Source: a virus
Lineage: Duplodnaviria > Caudoviricetes
Direction: 5' to 3' (one strand)
Virus record (IMG/VR): IMGVR_UViG_3300046000_006874
Span: 1-28,563 of that record
DNA: 28,563 bases
Position numbers and translations under genes: made by a program. This document shows positions 1 through 9,700 of this stretch, in pieces. Numbering within the stretch: position 1 is the first letter of the stretch; every line of letters starts with the position of its first letter. Under the pieces are notes generated by a model. That model had not been told where the DNA came from. It ran no database searches and was given only the letters and a program-made list of their open reading frames with translations.

Positions 1-2
1 CT

Positions 3-2462
3 GGGACGATCACCCGCAGCACGGGCGGCTGGCAGCTTGTCCCATCAGCTTCGTTGACGGGTGACGGTCTTATCCGCGCCCGAGCCTACCCGACAGACTC
101 CCAGAGCGAAGGCATCGTCGAGGACACCGTCGCGTTTGATGTGTCCCCTGAGATCGAAGTGTCGGAAGGAGACACGGTCCTCACCGATGCTGCCAGCACC
201 GTGGCGTTTGACGACCTTCAGCTAGGATCTTCGTCAGACATAACGATCACCGTGACGAACGTCGGGCTGGCTAACCTGACGCTGTCTGGAACTCCGAAAG
301 TTGCGCTCACGACAGGAACTCAGTGGGCAGTCGTTTCACAACCCACCTCCCCGATTGCGAGTGGAGACTCCGCGACCTTCACCCTTCGCTTCACTCCGAC
401 ATCGACGGGCGCGAAGACGGACACCGTCACGATTGCCAACGATGACGCCGACGAGAACCCATTCACCTTCGGTCTCAGCGGCACTTGCACGCCCGGACCC
501 GGTTCTGCTGACTCGACATGGCAGCCCGTCGCCAACAACACCGTCCGCACGTCCACTATGGACGCAGGCAGCGAGGTTTGGGTCGGCGGGGCATTCACAA
601 CGCTCAACGCCCTCAACCGTCTCCGCTACGCTCGGATCAACAGCACCGGCACCGTTCAAACCCAGACGGGCACCATCACCAACGGAGAGGTGTTCTGCTT
701 CTGCCAGTTGCCTGATGGCAAGGTGCTCGTAGGTGGATCATTCACCAGCGTCAGCGGAGTGGCTCGCAGCCGACTGGCACGGTTCAACGCAGACGGGTCG
801 TTCGACTCCTCTTTCAACGTGTCGGCGAACGGAGATGTCAGCGCACTCGCCCTTCAAGCAGACGGGTCAATCGTTGTCGGCGGAGCGTTCACCACCCTCG
901 GAGGCTCGGCCCGAGGAGGCATCGGGAAGCTAACGTCCGCAGGAGTCCTCGACACCGGCTTTACCACAGTGACAGCCAATCAGGTCTATGGGATCGTCAC
1001 ACAGACAGATGGCAAGCTGCTGGTCTATGGCATCACCGCGCTCGGAGGGGGCGTTGCACGCTCCTACATTTACCGGCTGAATGCGAATGGCTCGGGCGAC
1101 TCGACGTTCAACGCTTCGGCGAATGGGCAGGTGTACACCGTCACGGTCGATGCTTCGGGCAACATCCTCGCAGGAGGCGTTTACACCAGCATCGGCGGAG
1201 CCAGTAAAACCGGACTCAATCGGCTCACCTCAGTTGGTGTCCACGACAACACGTTCACTGAGCTTCAGGCAGCCGTTCGCTCCGTCCTTCTTCAGTGCGA
1301 CGGCAAGGTCATCGCGGGCAGTTACACCGCAGGCTCACTCGCCTCCACGGAGCGTCTCGTCCGGCTCTCGACAGCCGGAGCCAACGACACCACCTTCGTC
1401 GCCACGGCCCGCAACGCCGTCTATGGACTGGCTTTGCAGGAGGACGGAAAGGTCATTGTCACCGGTAACTTCACACTGGCAGGAGGAACGACGAAATATG
1501 TCGCACGTCTCATCAATGACTCAGGAGCCGCCACCTCGGCACTTTCTGTCCTGAGTGAGACTTCAGTTCAATGGTTGCGCGGTGGAACGTCGCCCGAGGC
1601 GCAGGTGGTCGTGTTCCACTACAGCCAAGACAGTGGAGTGACATGGACGAGCCTCGGACAAGGTGTTCGCATCACTGGAGGCTGGAATCTCACAGGTGTT
1701 GAACTTCCGATCTCCGGCACCCTGCGTGCGCAGGCGTATGTTCCGTGTGGCTACTTCAACGGCAGCACGTCGATTTACGAGGAGCAGGTCGCTTTCTCCA
1801 ATCTGGATGTCGCTGACTTGGTCATCGAGTATCCTGTCGGCACGACAATCAGCGACGGCGGATCAGTCTCCTTCCCCGGAACCTTGCCGGGGCAGACGAC
1901 GGACCTGATCTTCACCCTGCGCAATACCGGGAATGCGACTCTGAGCAGTATTGCAGCCACGGTTGCGGGGGACTTCAGCATCACCAGTTCTCCTGCCACG
2001 TCCCTGACATCCAACGGCAGCACGACCATGACGGTTCGGTTTACACCGACAACCACGGGGGCCAGAGGACCAATCATTCTATCGGTTACGTCTTCACTTC
2101 CCGGCACCAAGAACCCCTACACTGTCAGCCTCAACGGCAGCGGTGTGGCTGTGCCTCTTGCCACAACGGGATCGAACTCGGCTCCTGGGTCTGGTCAGCG
2201 CACGCTCAACGGCACGTTCCGAGCCAACCACGACACAGCCACGGCCTACTTCCAATACAAACTGGCGTCGTCGAGCACTTGGCTCAGTTCAGCTACCAGC
2301 GCGATCTCGGGCTTCACCAACGTCGCCGTCGCCAAGACGATCACTGGTCTCACGGTGGGTCAGAGTTACCAGTATCGAGCCATCATATACAACGCGGTCA
2401 ACGCAGGTCAGTCCCCTGCTTCTCCATTCGTCGGAGCAACCACCACCTTCACCGCGACATGA
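3..2462 (+). CDS. Delta-60-repeat beta-propeller / choice-of-anchor-D (ASH-like Ig) domain protein; putative tail fibre, adhesin or virion surface protein (5'-truncated)
   Basis: The frame is open from position 3 (GTITRSTGGWQLVPSASLTGDGLIRARAY...), so the TTG at 54 is probably not the true start. Seven ~50-aa repeats of the type V.al..Q.DGK.lvgG.Ft......r..laRln.dG..D.tF lie at ~510-1525. Two Ig-like domains (T.tN.G.a.L ... F.Pt.tGa ... NP.t..LsG.g) lie at ~147-485 and ~1812-2144. The C-terminus is a beta-rich FN3-like segment (TLNGTF...TAYFQY...LTVGQSYQYR). Confidence 0.8.
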   Translation, partial: GTITRSTGGWQLVPSASLTGDGLIRARAYPTDSQSEGIVEDTVAFDVSPEIEVSEGDTVLTDAASTVAFDDLQLGSSSDITITVTNVGLANLTLSGTPKVALTTGTQWAVVSQPTSPIASGDSATFTLRFTPTSTGAKTDTVTIANDDADENPFTFGLSGTCTPGPGSADSTWQPVANNTVRTSTMDAGSEVWVGGAFTTLNALNRLRYARINSTGTVQTQTGTITNGEVFCFCQLPDGKVLVGGSFTSVSGVARSRLARFNADGSFDSSFNVSANGDVSALALQADGSIVVGGAFTTLGGSARGGIGKLTSAGVLDTGFTTVTANQVYGIVTQTDGKLLVYGITALGGGVARSYIYRLNANGSGDSTFNASANGQVYTVTVDASGNILAGGVYTSIGGASKTGLNRLTSVGVHDNTFTELQAAVRSVLLQCDGKVIAGSYTAGSLASTERLVRLSTAGANDTTFVATARNAVYGLALQEDGKVIVTGNFTLAGGTTKYVARLINDSGAATSALSVLSETSVQWLRGGTSPEAQVVVFHYSQDSGVTWTSLGQGVRITGGWNLTGVELPISGTLRAQAYVPCGYFNGSTSIYEEQVAFSNLDVADLVIEYPVGTTISDGGSVSFPGTLPGQTTDLIFTLRNTGNATLSSIAATVAGDFSITSSPATSLTSNGSTTMTVRFTPTTTGARGPIILSVTSSLPGTKNPYTVSLNGSGVAVPLATTGSNSAPGSGQRTLNGTFRANHDTATAYFQYKLASSSTWLSSATSAISGFTNVAVAKTITGLTVGQSYQYRAIIYNAVNAGQSPASPFVGATTTFTAT
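510..1525 (+). repeat. Seven tandem delta-60-type protein repeats (predicted 7-bladed beta-propeller)
   Basis: Blade cores are DAGSEVWVGG, PDGKVLVGG, ADGSIVVGG, TDGKLLVYG, ASGNILAGG, CDGKVIAGS and EDGKVIVTG. Each is followed by an R/K-L-x-x-x-G-x-x-D-x-x-F-like end. Boundaries are approximate. Confidence 0.8.
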
Positions 2463-2650
2463 CCACCGAGCAGGAGGAACGGCTTCAGGCGATGGAGGGG
2501 GAGCTTGGAGACGAGCGCCAGTTCGAGGCTCTCATGGAGCGAACGACCGAGATCATCGACCAAAGTTTCTCCCTCATCCGCATTATCTCAGGAAACAAAG
2601 ACGTGTCGGTCCTGCCGGGTAACAACCCCTTCATCAATTACATGGAATGA
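2459..2650 (+). CDS. Hypothetical protein, 63 aa (MTTEQEERLQAMEG...)
   Basis: ATG at 2459 overlaps the upstream TGA (ATGA), and its own stop overlaps the next ATG. The ORF-track start at 2279 lies inside the previous gene. Confidence 0.7.
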   Translation: MTTEQEERLQAMEGELGDERQFEALMERTTEIIDQSFSLIRIISGNKDVSVLPGNNPFINYME

Positions 2651-2829
2651 CTGAAGAAGAGTTCAACGAGTTGACCCCTCAACAGCAGGCGGACACCTTT
2701 TTCGCCGAACTGGCGGGGATGTTGCGGGCTGCGCAGAAGGATATTGTCTTCCGTCCAGACAACGAAGACACCCTCGTCGTTAGCGGCATGACGACCGTTG
2801 TCTCAGTGAGAACCGACCTCTACCCATGA
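2647..2829 (+). CDS. Hypothetical protein, 60 aa
   Basis: ATGA overlaps at both ends; acidic; fills the gap exactly. Confidence 0.7.
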   Translation: MTEEEFNELTPQQQADTFFAELAGMLRAAQKDIVFRPDNEDTLVVSGMTTVVSVRTDLYP

Positions 2830-3404
2830 CCTTTTCCCAGTATCAGCAACTCGTAGCGGCTGCCAAAAAGCAGATCGCCGAGAAAGTCGCTGCCATCCAG
2901 CCAAGAGGCGGGAACCAAGTCAGCGTCATTGGAGATGGGATCGCCGTGGAGGTGATCGACCGAGGGGAAGACGAAGAGCCGCCTCCTGAGACGTGGGAAT
3001 ACTACATCTACGGGACGATCAAACTGGTGGGTGGTGAGACCATCTTAGAGGACCATGAAGCCGCCCGCATCGCCAGACCGAGCGGCTTCATCGCGGCGTC
3101 CGGTTTCTTTGAGCAAGAGACAGAAGTCAGTAATGCCGGAGTTCCCCCGGTTCTCAGAGTCAAAAAAGTGACCTACTATGTCACCACCCTAGAACTTAGG
3201 CCACAGGGCTTCGACAACGGCGTTTACCGAGGTGGACTTAGGCTGACCTGCGAGTTTTTTCAAGTCGGTCAGACGGACGCAGAAGATGTAGTTATCCGCG
3301 AGTACACACTGAATGTAGGTCGGAACGGTGACTCTGTGACGTTGACACCACCGGAGGAGAACGAGTTCTACCGACTGCGAATCAAGTCCGTCGAAAGGCT
3401 TTGA
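2826..3404 (+). CDS. Hypothetical protein, 192 aa, beta-rich C-terminal part, possibly virion-associated
   Basis: ATGA-coupled to the upstream ORF and lies in the structural block. No recognisable motif. Confidence 0.7.
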   Translation: MTFSQYQQLVAAAKKQIAEKVAAIQPRGGNQVSVIGDGIAVEVIDRGEDEEPPPETWEYYIYGTIKLVGGETILEDHEAARIARPSGFIAASGFFEQETEVSNAGVPPVLRVKKVTYYVTTLELRPQGFDNGVYRGGLRLTCEFFQVGQTDAEDVVIREYTLNVGRNGDSVTLTPPEENEFYRLRIKSVERL

Positions 3405-3429
3405 CGCGGAGGATGCAGTCAACTAAAAT
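3401..3429 (+). promoter_or_regulatory. Sigma70-like promoter TTGACG-N17-TAAAAT with an overlapping TTGAC-N12-GTCAA inverted repeat
   Basis: TTGACG at 3401-3406, 17-nt spacer, TAAAAT at 3424-3429, ATG at 3441. It occupies the only sizeable intergenic gap of the + block. Confidence 0.65.
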
Positions 3430-3440
3430 CAGAGCAAAAT

Positions 3441-4442
3441 ATGGCTTACCCACAAGAACGCAGAACACAGGTTTTTACAGGACCGGGCTTTGACAATCGG
3501 CCTTTCCGCAAAGGCAAAATCACGGGGTTCAGTCAAAAACAGAACTTCGACCCTCGACGCTCGGGGGCTGATGCTGCGGCTTTCGCGGAGGACGAACTCG
3601 GAATGAAAGCCGACAGTCAAGGGAACTGGGGAGCCGTTCGTGACTACGGTCGCGACATGATGCTTGGCTCTCAGCAGCGCAATTCTCTGTCCAGAGGCAC
3701 TCCCGGAGGCTATGCCTCTGGACTTGGGAATCCTCTGAACTCGAACCTGACTCCTCGCGGTTTCGCCGACAGTCTTCAGCAGAGGAATCAAGGGATGTCT
3801 CGCGAGCAGCGAATCGCTCAAGCCCAGCAGGATGGCACGTTCGGCACCATCCGCGACAAGTTCAACACGGACAACGCCGGAGCCGGACTGTCGATGAATC
3901 GGTTTGGGAATATCGGGAAGATGAACCCTCCTCAGACCACACCATCCGGGATGAAGCTAGACAACACACTCATCGAAAAGCGTGGCTTTGGGAACCCCCC
4001 TCCTCAGACAGCTTCTGTAGGCGGTCCACCTGCAACTCAAACTGCTGCCACCCCCAACACAGGTCTTCAGGACCGAGCCGCAGGTCTCCGTCTCCTCCGT
4101 GAAATGAGCCAGACTCCGCTTCAAATAGATAGGAGCGCAGGCGGCGGCAACGACACCCTCATACAAGGCAAATACGGGTCGGGGTTTTCCTCCACAGCGC
4201 CCGCCGGAGTAAAACGCCCCACCGGAATGGAGGGCGCTATTGGCACTTCGGGAAGTATGAGAGGCACGCGCCCCTTCTCCGAAGTGATGCAAGGGCTCGC
4301 CAACAAGCAGGTCCGCGAAGGCGCTTGGAGCGAAGGCGACCGTCTTCCTGAAGGGATGACCGCAGAGCAAGCCTATAAGACCAACGAAGAAGCCCGTCAG
4401 AAAATCCTGTCCCGCCAACGTATCGCTGCTAAAAACCGCTAA
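3441..4442 (+). CDS. Hypothetical Gly/Gln/Arg-rich protein, 333 aa; possible internal virion (ejection) protein
   Basis: Low-complexity, probably disordered sequence preceded by a promoter-like element, with a TAATG overlap to the next gene. The function is inferred only from position and composition. Confidence 0.6.
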   Translation: MAYPQERRTQVFTGPGFDNRPFRKGKITGFSQKQNFDPRRSGADAAAFAEDELGMKADSQGNWGAVRDYGRDMMLGSQQRNSLSRGTPGGYASGLGNPLNSNLTPRGFADSLQQRNQGMSREQRIAQAQQDGTFGTIRDKFNTDNAGAGLSMNRFGNIGKMNPPQTTPSGMKLDNTLIEKRGFGNPPPQTASVGGPPATQTAATPNTGLQDRAAGLRLLREMSQTPLQIDRSAGGGNDTLIQGKYGSGFSSTAPAGVKRPTGMEGAIGTSGSMRGTRPFSEVMQGLANKQVREGAWSEGDRLPEGMTAEQAYKTNEEARQKILSRQRIAAKNR

Positions 4443-5383
4443 TGGACACCAGATTCACCGTCGCAGACATCCGCTCCGCCCTCTACACCGAGGTCGATGC
4501 GACGGATATTAATTCGGCTTTGTTCCTCCCTGCGCTGAACGAGGTCGTCGAGTTCTTCACCTACAACGGAGCCTGGAAAGGGAACACTCCGAAAGTAACG
4601 ATTCCTGCCTCAGATGGCTTCTTCACTCTCCCAAGGTGGTATCAGAGTGTTCTCGTCCTACGCTACCAGAAGGTGCCTCGCCCCATCTTCACCCAGTTCT
4701 ACCAATTCTCGGAGTCCGGTCCAGGAGAACTCGTCGATACCGATGCTTTCTACGGCGTTCTGGAAGACATGGGCGATGGCTTTTGCACTCAGTCGGACAT
4801 CACCACCGCAGGCACACTGCGCGTCACGGTCGGTGGAGCGGGTGACGCAGCCAAGGTCATCCGTCTGTTCGGAACCGATGCCTCGGGGAACGTGATCTAC
4901 GACTCGTCTGGGAACCAAGGAATCAACATCACGACGGTCAATCCCTCCGCTGACACGACTCAGGTGTTTGCCACGGTGACGGGGATTCAGGCTCCGTCGA
5001 ACATGACCCTCCCTTGGACGTTGAGCGTGGTGAACAGCGGGACGCCGACGCAAATCGGCTCCTACTACCCCGGAGAGACTCGCCCGAGCTACAAACGCTA
5101 CAGTGTGGGGGAGACCGAAGAAGCCATCTACACCATCTGTCGTCGCCGGTTCATCCCTCTCGTCGCTGAAACTGACTGGGTGATCCCAGGCAATCTTCGC
5201 GCTCTTCGCTACGGACTCAAAGGCTTGGCCTTTGAAAAAGCCGGTCAAATCGCAGAGGCAGATTCCTGTTTCACCCGAGCTTTGGGCTTCCTCAATGATG
5301 AAGCCAAGGCTTCTCGCGGCGGAGCCCGACCACTTCTTAACATCACCACGGAACTGTCCAGAGGAGTTCAAATCGGAGCCTGA
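4442..5383 (+). CDS. Putative head-tail adaptor / tail tubular protein A-like, 313 aa
   Basis: The N-terminal pattern TVADIR...ALNEVVE...W...FTLP, a beta-rich middle and a helical C-terminus (ALRYGL...AFEKAG..AEA...F..AL..L..E) resemble podovirus adaptor proteins. It lies just before ejection-protein-like genes. Confidence 0.5.
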   Translation: MDTRFTVADIRSALYTEVDATDINSALFLPALNEVVEFFTYNGAWKGNTPKVTIPASDGFFTLPRWYQSVLVLRYQKVPRPIFTQFYQFSESGPGELVDTDAFYGVLEDMGDGFCTQSDITTAGTLRVTVGGAGDAAKVIRLFGTDASGNVIYDSSGNQGINITTVNPSADTTQVFATVTGIQAPSNMTLPWTLSVVNSGTPTQIGSYYPGETRPSYKRYSVGETEEAIYTICRRRFIPLVAETDWVIPGNLRALRYGLKGLAFEKAGQIAEADSCFTRALGFLNDEAKASRGGARPLLNITTELSRGVQIGA

Positions 5384-5384
5384 T

Positions 5385-6737
5385 ATGCCACGACCCCAGA
5401 CACAATCTTTCGAGGAAATGTTCGGCGTCGGCTCGGTGCCGATTGCGAGCTATTTTGGACTTCCTCAGGGAGCCTCTGCCGACACCCGCTTCTCGCCACA
5501 AGCCCGTGGGATGCTCGCACAGGGAGAAGAGTATGCCCGTGAGCAGGCAGCGATGGAGGCTGAACTCGCTGCGGAGGAACTGCTTGGTGGAGCCGCCGAC
5601 ATGACGGACGAGCAGATTCAACAGCAGTTGCTTCGGAGTCCGAAGATGTTTGGAACAGAGGCGATCCAGCCCCTCAGTGGCTACATGAAGTTCCGCCAGA
5701 GCACGACCCCTCAAACGGATGTAACGCTCGGTCCTATCCTCCGTGAGAAGATCACCGACCCGTACCACCGTGAGCAGTTCGAGAAGAGGATGCTCGAAGG
5801 CGCGTCCGCGAACGACGCCTTCGACGCCTACCGCACCGATGAGTACAACATGAAGTTCGAGACGGCGCTCGCCGAGGCTGGCGTCCCAGAGACCGAGTAT
5901 GCGAAGTTAAAGACACCGTCTGGGAAGTTCATTCCCGCTGCCGTTGCCCGCGCCAAACAGGCGGCGGAGATGAAAGCAGAGGAGACCAAACGTGCGCTCA
6001 CCCGCAGGACTTCTGACGATCCAATCGACCGCAAAATTGACGCTTACGAGCGAGCGATGGAGCAGCGCGAGAAGATTTTCAAAGCAACTGGACGCGAGGC
6101 TGAACTCGCCAAAGATCAGACTTATCTTGGGTACATGGCTAAGCTCGAAGAGGCGAACAAAGCCAAGTTCGCGATGGTTGATCCGGCTCCGAAGCCGGTC
6201 ATTGGTCCAGCAACTTCCATTCCTATATCCGCAGCCGCACCAGCACGTCCAATCTCTCCAGAGCGTGAAAACCTCTTGAAAACGAGAGAAGAGTATAAAA
6301 ACCGTGGAGGCGAGGAAAAAAGAATCGCTGACACCGAATGGACTAATCAGAAGAAAAATTTGTATCAGTCCATCGGCAGGGTTTACGGGGACGAAAATAA
6401 AGTCCTCGGGTTAGCCCTCGACATCGCGGAAGGCGTCACCATACCGCAAGCGTCGAGCACCATACCTCTCGGGGACGCCCCTTCTTCGACGGTCGAAGAA
6501 GTCCCACTGGCGCAAATCGTAGCTGACAAGATGGGGGTCAAGTTGAGTGACGTAGCTTTTGTGGAGCCTGGAAATGTACGCACTGGTTCGCAGAAAGTGA
6601 CGTATGCCGAGCTTATTCGAGAATGGGCAAAAGAGATCAAAGAACGCTACGATGCTTCTCAATCTCAGACTGGACAGCCAGCACCCGCTAGTGGTAAGTT
6701 CAGTGTCGGAGCGCCGGTCAAAGTAGGCGGTCCATAA
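5385..6737 (+). CDS. Hypothetical helical protein, 450 aa; probable internal virion (ejection) protein
   Basis: ATG at 5385 is 1 nt after the adaptor stop; the ORF-track start at 5232 overlaps the upstream gene. Ala/Glu/Lys-rich, coiled-coil-like, immediately before the giant ORF. Confidence 0.6.
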   Translation: MPRPQTQSFEEMFGVGSVPIASYFGLPQGASADTRFSPQARGMLAQGEEYAREQAAMEAELAAEELLGGAADMTDEQIQQQLLRSPKMFGTEAIQPLSGYMKFRQSTTPQTDVTLGPILREKITDPYHREQFEKRMLEGASANDAFDAYRTDEYNMKFETALAEAGVPETEYAKLKTPSGKFIPAAVARAKQAAEMKAEETKRALTRRTSDDPIDRKIDAYERAMEQREKIFKATGREAELAKDQTYLGYMAKLEEANKAKFAMVDPAPKPVIGPATSIPISAAAPARPISPERENLLKTREEYKNRGGEEKRIADTEWTNQKKNLYQSIGRVYGDENKVLGLALDIAEGVTIPQASSTIPLGDAPSSTVEEVPLAQIVADKMGVKLSDVAFVEPGNVRTGSQKVTYAELIREWAKEIKERYDASQSQTGQPAPASGKFSVGAPVKVGGP

Positions 6738-6748
6738 CCCGATCTGCT

Positions 6749-9700
6749 ATGCCTTGGGAAATTCCAATCACGATTGAGGACACGACGTATCCAGTTCGCT
6801 TCAACACCGAAGCTGAACCCTCTCAGACAGACATCGACGAAGCGGTTGCATACATCATGCAGCAGCGTTCGGCTCCTGCTCAGCCAGCCCCCGACCAACC
6901 CGGTCGTCTCGGCAGCTTCGCCTCCAGTGTAGGACGTGGTGCGCTCTCCGTCGTTCCCGGCACCATCGGAGGCGTCGGCTACCTGACAGGCTCGGACACA
7001 CTCACCGAGGCTGCGGACACCATTGAAGGTGGTATCAATCGAATGCTGCCGGTTAATCCAGCTTATCAGGAAGACCTGTCGATGAAGATTGGTTCTGCTC
7101 TCGGGCAGGCAGGTGGTATGCTGTTCACTGGCGGAGCGACTGGTGCAGCCGGGAAAGCTCTTGCGCTCTCTCGCGGAATTGAAGCTGCGCAGGCAGCCGC
7201 CAAGGGAACCCGACTAGCTCAAAACGTGCTGACGGGCACCGGAGTCCTCCAGGGAACGCGGGGAGGGGGCCAAGCCGCCGAGCAATACGGTATGCAGGGC
7301 GGCACGGCCTATGCCCGAGCACTCCTTGGAGGCGCAATCGAAGGTCTGTCTGAACGTGCTCTGTTTGGCATGGGAACGGAGCTTGCACCTGTGAAGAAGT
7401 TTCTCGGTGACGCTGCTGAGAAGGGTGTCGGCGGGATTGTCAAAGCCGCAGGAACGGAAGCTGGCGAAGAAGCCGCTGCTCAGATTGGCGGGAACGTCGC
7501 TACGTCGGTTCTCGCACCTTACGGAGTGAAGACTCCGGGAGCTTTTGAAGGTGTTGGCGAAGCTGCGCTCCTCGGAGGTGTGGCAGGTGGAGCCCTCGGC
7601 GGAGTGAATGCGCTCATGCAGCCCTCTCCCACCATCGAAGGCGAGGCGATGATTCCTGCTGAAGCCCCATCTGCTCCAGTTGCACCTGAACAGCCCGAAA
7701 CCGACGAACTCGGTGTTGAAGCGTTCCGGCAAGAGATGGTTGAGATTGCTCAGAACCCCGATCCGATTGAGCCTCTTCAGAATGCGGTCAATAAGACGGC
7801 AGAGGCGTCAGTAGCTGCGAGTGCGAACCTGCTGCCAGCGACAGCGGCAATCATTGCTGCGGGTGGGTTGAAGCCAGCCCCCGTACAAGAAGAAACCCCC
7901 GTTGGTGCGCAGGTTGCAGAGCAGCCAGCGTCGGGGGTGTTGTTGCCGCAGAATACCCGAGAACAAACCATTGCGCAACTAAGACAGCAGATGCGCCAGC
8001 GTCTTAGCGCCGAAGAGCGCGCAGCCATGGAGGAGAAGCTAGCACAGGCGGAGGACGAAGGTGTTCTCGCTGACGTGTTCTCCGAAGAGCGCAAGAAAGC
8101 CGCAGCCCGTGAAGATTTCCTCCGTCGTCAGCAAGACCTCGAAACCGAACGCCAACGTCTCGAAGATGCAGGTATCCTCGGCGACATCTTTGCTGAAGAA
8201 CGCCAGAGAGCACTAACCCGTGAACAACCCCAGCCCGAGCCACCCGTCGCCGAGGAAACCGCCCCGCCCGTCGAGCCAATACCAGCAGTCGAAGAGGCTC
8301 CTGCGGCTCCAGTCGCAGAAGAAGACAAATCTGACTTTGCAGAATTGCAAGATTTGATGAGCCGCCGTGGACAGGCACAGAACAAAGTCAAAGGCATCAG
8401 TTTCTCCAAAAAAGACGAAGCGCGGTTCCAAGAACTCGGAGCCAAACTGAGGCGATACCTGATTGAGTCGGTGGACCCCGCCACAGATCCAGTTGTCGGT
8501 GAAGACATCAACGACCAACCCATCCGCCAGTCTGCGCAAGGGACTTTCTACACGGTTGAAAATGGGCGAGTTCGCACCGGACCTGCTTTTAAAGAGGTTC
8601 CTGCGGCTTCAATCGCAGAAGAACAATTTCCGAAAGTCGAAATTGTAGTTGCGCCGGAGGGTGAAGCGGAGGTAAGTTTGGGGATGGAAGAACCCCCTGT
8701 TGAAGAGAAACTCATGGATGTCCCGCAGACCATGCAGTTCCTCTACGGACTTAACCTGTCGAAGACGGACCGTGAAAAGGCTCAAAAGCTGCTAGAAAAG
8801 AATGAGCGCGAAGCCCGTAAAACTGGGAAAATCCAAGGTGCTCGGAGTTTCTACGAGTCTGATGTGACTGCCGCTGTCGAGGAAGTCTTAGCTCAAAAAC
8901 AAGACTCAGCGGAGTTTCGCAAAAGGCTCGCTGCGGCTAAGGCAAACCGCAAGTTCAGCCAAGAGCTAGACGCTTTGGTGTCGGCTTTAGAAGTGGAGGA
9001 AGCCCAACTCCAGTCTATCCAGTCTGAGAGGGGTATGTTCGGCGTGCAGTGGGCTGAGAGAAACGTGCGGACACGCGCCACCAACCAGAAGAAAAAGATT
9101 CGTGATTTGAAGGAGCGCATTGTCAGTCTAGCGCCTTCAAAAATTGCTTTACAGTCACAAAAAGGGCCAACCCTCCCCATCGCCTCCCTCGTCACCATCC
9201 CCGAGGACATGGCCCGAGCCGAGCAGGACAAGGCCGAGAACAACGAACGGTGGCAGAAGTCGAGCACCAGTCGTGAGCCCATCAGTGTCCTCGAACGACT
9301 GGACGGCACCTATAGCGTGATTGATGGGCACCATCGTCTCCTTGCTGCGAAGGATCGTGGTGAGACGGACATTCCAGTGGTCGTGACCAAAGAGACGAAG
9401 CTGGAGCCTTTGAAGAAGACTGCTCCAGCCAAGGTCGAGCAGCCTGCGCCCCAGCGTGACACGTCGAAGCCAGAGCAGATGACGCCGGAGGAGTATGTCG
9501 AAGCTAAAAAACCAGAATTAGAAGATGTAGCCGTTCTCGAACGCGAGTTCAACGCCTTACCGAAAGACAGCAATCGCAGACCACGCGCCGAAAGGGCTAT
9601 TCGTAGCGCACGCGAAGATAATAAAGCTAAGGAGCAACGGTGGGAAGAAGACAGAGGGATGTGGGACCGAAAGCACCGACGCTCTATTGGCGACGCTACA

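Noticed and set aside
510-1525. Periodic sequence that might be a CRISPR array or DGR repeat
   Set aside because: The repeats are degenerate, in-frame protein repeats. I saw no identical direct repeats with spacers, no TR/VR pair and no reverse transcriptase.
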